NCBI GenBank assembly: GCA_002794465.1
Contig: MTSL01000134.1
Span: 15,495 to 47,494 of the forward strand
DNA from: Paramicrosporidium saccamoebae KSL3
Lineage: Eukaryota; Fungi; Cryptomycota
Length of the DNA: 32,000 nt
Direction of reading: 5' to 3'
Under the pieces are notes generated by a model, which had not been told where the DNA came from, made no database searches, and was given only the letters and a program-made list of their open reading frames with translations. Shown one piece after another: positions 10,346-18,630 of the stretch (positions are counted from its first letter, which is position 1; each line of letters starts with the position of its first letter). The position numbers and the translations under genes were made by a program.

Positions 10346-11053
10346 TCAATAGCTGCTTGAGGTGCTACTGGTGCTCGAATATTTTGATGATGAGCTGCTG
10401 CTGCTGCTACTGCTCGATCCGCTGCTGTAGCTAGAGCTGCTGCTCGATCCACTGCTGGAGGATGAGCCAGAACTGCTGCTGGAGGATGAACCAGAACTGC
10501 TGCTGGAGGATGAACCAAAACTGCTGCTGGAGGAGGAGCTGGAGCTGCTGCTTGAAGACGAGCTTGAGCTTGAGCTTGAATGTCTACGGCGACGAGAACG
10601 ACGAGAAGAGCGTCCAGAGCGACGAGATCCTCTGCGTCCACGACGGCGCGAGTAGCCAGACGAGGAAGAGGAACTGGAAGAGCTCGATGAGCTAGAGTGA
10701 CGTGACACGAGGTAACTGCTTCCACTGCTGGAGGAGCTGGAGCTGGAGCTGCTGGAGCTGCTGGAACTGGAACTGCTAGAACTGGAACTGGAAGAATATC
10801 CCGAAGATACTGACGACGATCCGGAGGAGGAGCTGGACGAGGAGCTGTTGGCCGCGCGCAAGTTGCGAAGATTCTGCTTCACCAAAGCGGACCTCTTAAT
10901 AACCCGCGCAGTATATGGAGACACAGTCTTTCCCGATGACAATCTTGGCGTACCCACAGAGCGGTGTCGTTCTGTGCGCTTAGATTGCAGCCCACTCTCC
11001 ACACATCCAAACAGAGCCAACAGGCCGGTAAAAAGGGCGAGCTTGAATTGCAT
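10346..11053 (-). CDS. Secreted Ser-rich / Arg-rich low-complexity protein 2, 235 aa
   Basis: Signal-peptide-like MQFKLALFTGLLALFGCVES, basic linker, poly-Ser, RRRGRRGSRRSGRSSRRSRRRRH, then a second poly-Ser to the C-terminus. Intronless. Confidence 0.75.
   Translation of the reverse strand: MQFKLALFTGLLALFGCVESGLQSKRTERHRSVGTPRLSSGKTVSPYTARVIKRSALVKQNLRNLRAANSSSSSSSSGSSSVSSGYSSSSSSSSSSSSSSSSSSSSSSSSGSSYLVSRHSSSSSSSSSSSSSGYSRRRGRRGSRRSGRSSRRSRRRRHSSSSSSSSSSSSSSSSSSSSFGSSSSSSSGSSSSSSSGSSSSSGSSSSSSYSSGSSSSSSSSSSSKYSSTSSTSSSY
10451..10535. repeat. 24-bp tandem repeat in Ser-rich protein 2 (GSSSSSSS units)
   Basis: ACTGCTGCTGGAGGATGAACCAGA, about 3.5 copies. Confidence 0.8.
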
Positions 11054-11160
11054 TGTCGTCCGCGCGCCGGCTCTCCCTTTTTATTTGGGGTGGCATCCGC
11101 AATATAGGCGTATCGGGGTTCATTATAACCGTTTTGGTATATTTGAGGCATCACTTATAA

Positions 11161-13115
11161 ATGGATCGGGACATATGTGTCCTTAATTGGCGTGGCGGGG
11201 GTATGTTTTGGATGCTGCGGCAGTTGTGTGGGAAAGATGAGGCAAGGGAGGCGGCTTTCAGAGTGCCTGTGGAGAGCTGGGACGTTGATATTGCTAAGTT
11301 TTGTCGTGTATTAATAGAGTGTCTGATACAGGATCCTATTATTGGTGTGAGACAGGTCTGGTGACGTGTGGACGTCTGATTTTGTAGAGAGTGCTCAAGG
11401 TTGTCATTGACAATTTTTCCATGATTGTAAATAGCACAAATGTATCCGTTTTGTATGAAAAGCTGGAAAGGTGTGTGAATGACGACCTTGACCCTCATTG
11501 TCGAAGCTATGCCATGCAATTGCTTTGTCAGTGTGCTGGTAGCTATGCGGATACCACTGTGCAGGTGCGTGGATACGGCTCTGCTGTCGCTAACCAGACA
11601 TTAAAGCTAAAAGATGCAGTGTTCATTGTCCTTGGTACCATTATTGGCGACACACAGGCCCCTATTCGCGCCATGGCCTGCAACTTTCTCGGCAACATAG
11701 AGTCCAACGAACAGATACTCTGCCAACTACTCAGCAAGGAAGCGCCTGGCTCCATAAATGTGGATGGACATGACGTCGCCCTCCCATGGTCCTATTGTGG
11801 CAGTTTTGTTGTGGCCCTCGAAGACGAATTTGAAATGGTCCGACTTGCGGCCATTTCTGCAATTCGGAAGCTGGCACTCAAGTCAAAGAATTTTTCCACT
11901 CGAGCCGTCGAATTCCTAGTCGACTCGTTTCAGGATGAATCAGCGACAGTGCGGGTAGCTTCCTTCTTGGCGTTAGCTGACATTGTTGGATCTCACTCGG
12001 TGACCCTTTCGTTGTCGCCCGTGGAAAGTATCCTCTCGCATCTGGATGATACCGAGGCCGAGTCTAGAAGAGCTGTCCGCGTGTTGATATCGTCACTGAT
12101 CCTTGAGGATGAGGAGACACTGATCAAGATTTTGCGTTGTTTGCCTCTGGCCTTGGCAAAGTTTCCCGAGGAAGAGCATGAGTACTATGTATCACTCTTC
12201 GCTCTTGGGAAGCGAAATCCGAGTCTTGTCAACTCATCTTGTGGTCGACTCCTCAAGACGGAAAAATTCTATTTGATCCAAGAACCAAAGATTGAAGATG
12301 CCACCTATACAGTTCGACTTGCCGTCATTGTGGCAGCACTGCATGTCCAACCGCAATTCCATCCAGCCGTTCCAAATTTTGTCTTTCGGCATTATCACTT
12401 TTTGAAGATTAAATATGGAATTGCTGTGCCCAACTTTTACAATCATGAACTGTATGATCAATTTTACCAATCAAAAATTACTAAATCAACGCAAGCTGGC
12501 ACGCTTGAGGAGCGACGACAGAGCTTGCTCAGCAGGATTGCGTGCATGCTGAGACAGCCGAGCAATGTTACAGACCGTCAACGGGACACCTTGATAGCAA
12601 ACATAAAATACAATGAAGTGGGATTTCGGGAAGGATTTCAGGCGTTTCTCTTCACCATGGTCCAGAATCGAGGTTCTAATGACGTTCTGCTGGGCTTTGA
12701 AAATGTCTCGGTGGACTTGCAAGATTTTGTCCTTGGAAATGGACCTTTGGTTGTCGATGAAAGCATTCAGAGACTTTCTGTTAATATTTATCCAATCTCT
12801 TATACCATGGAGAGACCCTACAAGTGTAGTGGGAAATGTCCAATGCACCTAGTCATCAAAGGCAAGCTATCGACAACTACGACAAAGACTATTGCTGCTC
12901 AGGTCAACTTTTCTAATGGACAGTCGCAAAGATTCCCAGCCGAGATTACAAAAGACAATGTCATAGTGTCGCTGCTAAAAATTCCTGCTGCTACAATAGC
13001 CAGCTTGGATTCTGGGCCGCACCAAATTGCGCTGACAATTTTATCAATAGACGAAAACTGTGCCTTTCCACTTGGTCTGTCCGCCTCTCTGTATATTGAC
13101 CTGAACAAACAATAA
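11161..13115 (+). CDS. INTS4: Integrator complex subunit 4 (HEAT repeat)
   Basis: Exon 11161-11355, 32-nt intron 11356-11387 (GTCTGG..CTGAT..TGTAG), exon 11388-13115. CGSFVVALEDEFEMVRLAAISA...AVEFLVDSFQDESATVR matches the remembered INTS4 CGAFVHGLEDEMYEVRIAAVEA...CLDFLVDMFNDEIEEVR. DATYTVRL and FRHYHFLK match DPAYIAVL and FRHYAYLR. The start codon is uncertain (11161 or 11203). Confidence 0.82.
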
Positions 13116-13151
13116 AATAGACTTTAGTACTGTACACTCACTATACGAATC

Positions 13152-13394
13152 CTACTGTTTTTCTAAATCGCCAAAGCCCAGAGTGCTCCAGTCATCCTTG
13201 GCCATAAGTCCCTTGTCCATGCGACACTCAAAATACTCCCTCGCCAGGTCCCTACATGGTACCAGCTCCATTCTGTTCCTCTTTAGACACTTGAGATACT
13301 TGCCGACGAGGTCCTTGCACTCGCCATCGTGGTCCAGTGGAAATGCACCGTTGATGGGGGCTGTCCGGGTATGGTATTGCTGGGGAAGAGACAT
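13152..13394 (-). CDS. COX19: COX19 cytochrome c oxidase assembly factor (twin CX9C), 80 aa
   Basis: ATG at 13394 (the ORF track over-extends upstream). GAFPLDHDGEC-X9-C...C-X9-CRMDKGLM..DDW..LGF. Confidence 0.93.
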   Translation of the reverse strand: MSLPQQYHTRTAPINGAFPLDHDGECKDLVGKYLKCLKRNRMELVPCRDLAREYFECRMDKGLMAKDDWSTLGFGDLEKQ

Positions 13395-13410
13395 GGGTGA
13401 ATTCTGCTGA

Positions 13411-14601
13411 ATGTTGAGGGTAAGACTGGTCGCCAAGCGGCAAGAATATGTCGTTGAGGGACTGATGATGGTTCCAGACACGGCAGGCCCCAAGGAGCTG
13501 CAGGAGCTGCTGAATCACATGCTGGTGGATGCCCCACAGTTTGTGTTCCGGCTAGGCACCAAGGTTCTGCGGGGACAGTTGGACCTTCAACTTGCAGACT
13601 CTGGATGCTCCAAGGAGGACATTTGCGAAATTGGCTACGACTTGCCAGAAGAGGAGCCTAGGATAGAAGCGAGCATTGCCGAACCAGAATGGGTGCGAGC
13701 CGTCAGTGCCAGTGATGAAGGAGTCTTGACAGGCTCCTATGATCAGAGCGTCAGGTTCTACGCCAGCGGCAGTACCGAGCCGGTGGCACTCAAGGGAAGT
13801 TTTGATACAGTGACTGCAGTCTCGTGGATCAACGAGAATCGTCTGGTGGGCGGCAGTGCGGATGGCTCCCTCCGAGTGTGGAGTCGAAGCAACCCAGAAT
13901 CGCCTGAGCAAGTGCTATTGGGACATGTAGCAGCTGTGCAATGCATTCTTGTGGACGATAGTATAATCTACACTGCCGACTATGAGGGTTTTGTTTGTAA
14001 ATTTAGCACCAGCACCGAGGCGGCTGTCCTTCCTGTGGCACAATCGACACAACGAACAAAAAAGACCCGCTACTCCAGGCCTGGAGTTGCTCGAGAAGCC
14101 ATACCTACACAATCCTGCATCCCCCAAAAGGCGCATGAAAGTACCATTTCGGGTTTGGCAATGCATGAGGGCCACCTCTACACTTTTGGTTGGGACCGCC
14201 AAATCAAGCGATGGAAATTGCCAGAAATGGTTATTATGGCCACTTGGACCGCCCCAGATGCCATCTCGGCCGTATCGATGGACGGCGGATTGGCTGTAAC
14301 GGGCCATTCCGACGGCAGTCTTCATGTTTGGGATTTCACGAGTTCGTCCGTATCGTTAAATGGAAAAGACGCGGCTCATACGGGCTGGGTGTCGGGTGTT
14401 GTTCTGGATCCATTGGATCGAAATAGAGTCGTCAGCGTCGGCACGGACGGGGCTGTATTACTATGGGATAGGAAGGATCTGGCTGTCCCGGCAGCAACCA
14501 TTAGAGAGGCGTGTGCGAGCAAAGTACTTTGCGTAGATTGGCACGCCGACCTGCTAGCATATGGCGGCGAAGACAAGACGCTTGCCATCTACCGAACATG
14601 A
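13411..14601 (+). CDS. YTM1: Ytm1/WDR12 60S biogenesis factor (NLE/UBL domain + WD40), 396 aa
   Basis: N-terminal NLE-like VRLVAKRQEYVV...LQELLNHML...FVFRLGTKVLRG..L, EPEWVRAVS, LTGSYDQSVR, WD repeats. Confidence 0.82.
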   Translation: MLRVRLVAKRQEYVVEGLMMVPDTAGPKELQELLNHMLVDAPQFVFRLGTKVLRGQLDLQLADSGCSKEDICEIGYDLPEEEPRIEASIAEPEWVRAVSASDEGVLTGSYDQSVRFYASGSTEPVALKGSFDTVTAVSWINENRLVGGSADGSLRVWSRSNPESPEQVLLGHVAAVQCILVDDSIIYTADYEGFVCKFSTSTEAAVLPVAQSTQRTKKTRYSRPGVAREAIPTQSCIPQKAHESTISGLAMHEGHLYTFGWDRQIKRWKLPEMVIMATWTAPDAISAVSMDGGLAVTGHSDGSLHVWDFTSSSVSLNGKDAAHTGWVSGVVLDPLDRNRVVSVGTDGAVLLWDRKDLAVPAATIREACASKVLCVDWHADLLAYGGEDKTLAIYRT

Positions 14602-14645
14602 GCTGTACAGAATTTACAAGACAATATCCACTAGTGACCTCAATC

Positions 14646-14717
14646 CAGAATACCGAGAATACCCAGGATACTGAGAATACTGAGAATACCGAGAATACCT
14701 AGGATGCTGAGGATGGT
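14646..14717. repeat. 9-bp tandem repeat, 8 copies, downstream of YTM1
   Basis: cagaatacc gagaatacc caggatact gagaatact gagaatacc gagaatacc taggatgct gaggatggt. Confidence 0.9.
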
Positions 14718-14904
14718 CGCCTAGAAATGCCCCACGCCTACTAATAACAAAATCTCACTAATAGAATCTGTCAAGTAGTATCCACTCATAATTGACAATT
14801 CCAACCCAGATATATATGCTATCCTACAATCCAGTCCAGTCATAGCGAGGATGTGGCCTGTAAAAGAATCCCTTATTTTAATCAAACTGGCTCGCTCATC
14901 AAAG

Positions 14905-15005
14905 TGTCGCATAGTGGGGATAATACCACAGACGGGAAGGGGGGTTGTTCACTGCTAATCCTATAATAGTATTGATACACATCTCACTGTCCTCAAATAC
15001 CCAGC
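14905..15005. repeat. Dispersed 101-bp non-coding element, copy B (inverted relative to A)
   Basis: Reverse complement of 7766-7866 with 4 substitutions; weaker similarity to about 15028. Confidence 0.95.
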
Positions 15006-15119
15006 TAATCAATCAATCCTTTACATCACAAGAGGACCCTCTATATCGATTGGGTGCCACTACTTTACAATACCATCTCATAAACAGTATTCACTTATTA
15101 ATAGAATCCTTTAAATTAA

Positions 15120-17260
15120 TTAGGCAAATAGAGACCTTCCCAGCACATCGGGATTTTTAACTTTGAAAATGCGCACAATGTGACTATCAGTTGTGTATGC
15201 TTCGACAAGTGTAGAGAGTTTAGGATCGACGCCAGGAATGGGCTGCTGTCGGGCACGATCTACGGCCTGCGGACCCATCGTGCTAGCGACGCCATAATAG
15301 GTCATTTTGTACAGAATGCTTTCCTGCATCGCCTTGGGGGCCTGCAGATCCTGACGGTAGTCACCAGTGTCAGTCAAGTAGTCTTGTTCGCGAAGATCCT
15401 CGGGAAAGACGCCTTCAGCGATGCGAATCATCCACAAGAACTTGTTAATGTCGTCTCCACCGAACCCAGACATGGCTCCTGACAGGATCAGCACGTAGTC
15501 CGTGTCGAGTTGGCGCAGCACCGGATATGCCTTTCCCTCAGAAAGTGCCAATGCCTTTCCCACAGTGGCAATGTGAGTATTATTCCAAGTGTTATTATCC
15601 ACAATAGTGGTTCGATCAGCCATCCCTGCCAGCTGGTAGCCGTAATCCCACCAGGCAAGGATCTTGGCATCTTCGTCTGTATTACGACGCAGCCAGTAGT
15701 ATGCCTCGCGGAAATCGTCAATGATTCGGGGTTGGCCATTGCGGGGATCGGTGCTAGACATGATGATGGAGGGAGATGAGTAGGCGGAACTGGTTACCCA
15801 AGTGCAATGCCACATAAAGTAGGAGATCAGGACCACTGTGGGTGCCAAGACGGTGAACATTGAGAGTGCGCAGCTGCGAGTGTTCTTGGGGCCTGGTGTA
15901 TATGTGGAGAAGAGGACACTGGCGGAAATGGCACCCAAAACACACATAATGGGCGCTAGAGTCAGAATCAGGCGTACCATCACTCCGGCAAAGTATGTGG
16001 CGGATAGAATATACACTACGGGGAAAATGTGCTCATCGCGTCTTTGTTGGAAGCAGAAATACAGTCCCGCCGGTGCCATGAAGAGCAGCATGTGAAGATC
16101 AAGGAAAAACGAGCCCCAACTAGTGGGCTGATGTTCTGAAACTGAGGCAATGATGGGAATGTGCTTTCGTGCATAGCTAGTGTCCCAAAGCGAGTAGAAT
16201 CGGCCTGCCCAGGGAGCGATATACCCAGAAACGGACAATCCCACAAAAACAGCTGCAAGGACGGCACAAAGACCGATTGCAAGTCCGATAGTTAGCCGCT
16301 TGAAATGTTCTTCATGATCCACAAGTTGACGGACGCGATTAACAAAGGCCAGCAATTGCAGCAAACAGAACACGCCCATGGCGGCCATGTGTTCGCTACT
16401 GCGGGTGGGAGCAAGACCGACAAAGGGAATAGTCATTGACGCCAAAGTTCCGAGTACATAAAACGTGCAATACGACGTGTATAGGCGGGTGCTATATCGA
16501 CCCATCACCAGCAGAGCAAAGACGTGCAAGGGGATCAAGTTGATGATAAATACGTAGCCACCCCAAGACGACACCATATAAAAGTAAAAGCCCGCAGTGA
16601 GTGCGCCCCAAATGGCCGATCCCCTTTTGACTGCCCGGATCCAACAGAAGAATGTGGCCATCATCAAAAAGATTGCAATTCCCTCGTTATCATAGGAACC
16701 TGCCACAGAACGTGAAATGTATCCCGGACAAACAGCCATAAATGCGGCCGCTAAAAGGGCAGCTCCTCCGCCGGCCAGTTCTTTGGTAAGTAGGTAAGTA
16801 GCCACAGAGGTGAATCCTGCGAAAACTGGTGCCAAGAACACGCAAACATCACGAATGTCAATTCCCAAAGAGAGCACTGAATTTGCCACGTAATGCAACA
16901 CGGCAGATGTGATCATTATGCCTGGATAGACTGTTACTCCCACCACTCGGCCAAGCGGATACCAGGAGCGGTCATCAAACCAATTTAAAAAGGCGCTCCA
17001 TCCATTGTCGACGAGGTACTTGGTAGCACGGAAATTGAACCATGGGTCAAACTCGTGGATTACCGACTCGTACCGGATGACGGAGAAGAGGCGTGTACCA
17101 AATGCAACCAGCGAAATGACACTGAGCACTAAAATCTGCCATAGCACCAGGCGGTCACTGGCCTTGACCAGTATTCGGTCTACAATAAGCCCAGTCCAGT
17201 GAAAGTACCAATGACATTTAAGAGGCGAGAGCTGGTGGTCTTGCCAGCAAGAAACCCCAT
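15120..17260 (-). CDS. STT3: Oligosaccharyltransferase catalytic subunit STT3, about 703 aa
   Basis: Exon 17260-17209 (MGFLAGKTTSSRLLNVI), 29-nt intron 17180-17208, exon 17179-15120. Motifs IHEFDPWFN, SEHQP, WWDYGYQ, DNNTWN, DINKFLWMIRI. Confidence 0.96.
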
Positions 17261-17405
17261 TGCTGTGTGAATATCAAATTGCCTTATTTATCTCAATTTG
17301 GACGCCCGGCCATTAAGGTTGTCGTAGAGCTAATTCGGATCAAAAATGTAAAGTCAAATCACGGCTCCCCGGATGGCCTCGCTGAAACCTCCATCACAGC
17401 CTAGA

Positions 17406-17799
17406 ATGTCCCTTGAACAGTGTGCCTGTTGGGCCATGTCTGCTGCCTGTATGCCGTTTCGTACCCTGACACGCTAGGTGCTGGTGGTGGAATATATGGC
17501 TACATGAACCGCGCATCAATGCCCTCACTACTTGCTGGATTAGGCTTTGGAGTTTTGTATGGCATCTCTGCTCGGCTTATACAGACGGGGCGTGCATTGG
17601 ATGGAGTTGACCTGTCAATTTGTACCCTAACTGCAGAGTCTGATATGTAGTGGCCTCTACTCTGTTGCTTGTTGCAATGGGGCCCCGTGCGTACGCCACC
17701 CGCGCCAACATGCCGGTAGCTCTAAGTGCTGCCAGTGGCGTGGTCATTGCCCGGATGGGCTACGTCTCCTACGGACTGCGTCACTTCAAGACTGCATAA
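17406..17799 (+). CDS. TMEM14: TMEM14-family small membrane protein, 111 aa
   Basis: Exons 17406-17448, 17478-17621, 17651-17799 (two 29-nt introns). AMSAACAGGGIYGYMNRASMPSLLAGLGFG matches the family GG.GY...S.PSL.AG motif. Confidence 0.82.
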
Positions 17800-17886
17800 A
17801 CACGACAGCATAGTTGACAATGTATATAAAGATGGCAAATCACCTGTTGGCGGGCCAATTGGAACTCGATAAACACGGACACGGTC

Positions 17887-18574
17887 ATGTCCGACGACAG
17901 CTCAGAAATTGGCGACATTTCCGATGTGGGAAATCTCTCGGACGACCAAGACGAAGCAATGGAAACGACTCGATCGCCGCCGTCCAAGAGTAATCTTGAG
18001 CGGGAGGCAAATAAATTGCGATCAAAGTTCAAAATCCTGCGGGAGGCGCTCGCAGAGGAAAAGATGGCTGATATCAACCAAGAAATTGAAGAGGTCAAGA
18101 AGGGAAGCCATCCTGCATTGGGGAAGGAACTGCAGGAGCTGGAGAGGAGGAGGGCGGAACGGACAACAGTTTCCCACGAGAGGAAGCGAGTTAAAGTGGA
18201 AAATATTGTAAATGACTACAAGTCAAAGGTGCAGGCGCTGGATGACGAAAAAAGAGTACACAAATCGGTGCCTCTCCATTTGTTTTGTAGGCGACGGAGA
18301 ATGAAATTTTGGAAAAGACTCGGAAAAAGAACAAAAGTTCCAGTGGCTGATTTACTAATTTGTAGAGGCAGCCAGGATAAATGCTACCAAAATAGACAAT
18401 GATAATATCGAGGCTGATCTGGCTATCATCAAAAATGGAAAACGGAAGCAACCAGCTAATACATTGGAAGCAGGCAAGCTGGCATCGGGTAAACTGGAAG
18501 CTGAAGAACCAGTAATGGACGAACTGATAGTCGATACGGCAGTTTCTTCTCGAGAACTGCTCCATTCAGAATAA
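17887..18574 (+). CDS. Sds3/BRMS1-like Sin3-HDAC subunit, about 207 aa
   Basis: Exons 17887-18255, 18291-18336, 18366-18574 (alternative in-frame donors possible). FKILREALAEEKM..INQEIEEVKKGSHP...LQELERRR coiled coil and C-terminal IEADLAIIK resemble the Sds3-like domain. Confidence 0.65.
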
Positions 18575-18630
18575 GCCAGTAAAAACATTTATATAATAGT
18601 GGAAAATTGTGGCTGGTTGAACGAACAGCC

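Noticed and set aside
9443-11186. Plus-strand ORFs with LELELE / DE-rich or CCWR repeats (9443-9664, 9770-9964, 10462-10695) and alternative minus frames (9651-10067, 10321-10725)
   Set aside because: Shadow frames of the AGC/TCC serine repeats. Only the Ser frames have an ATG plus signal peptide.
13395-13493. N-terminal extension of COX19 overlapping YTM1
   Set aside because: Non-ATG start; the COX19 family length fits ATG 13394.
17622-17636. 15-nt minimal intron GTACCCTAACTGCAG in TMEM14
   Set aside because: Using this acceptor creates an immediate TAG stop; the 29-nt intron to 17650 restores the conserved frame.
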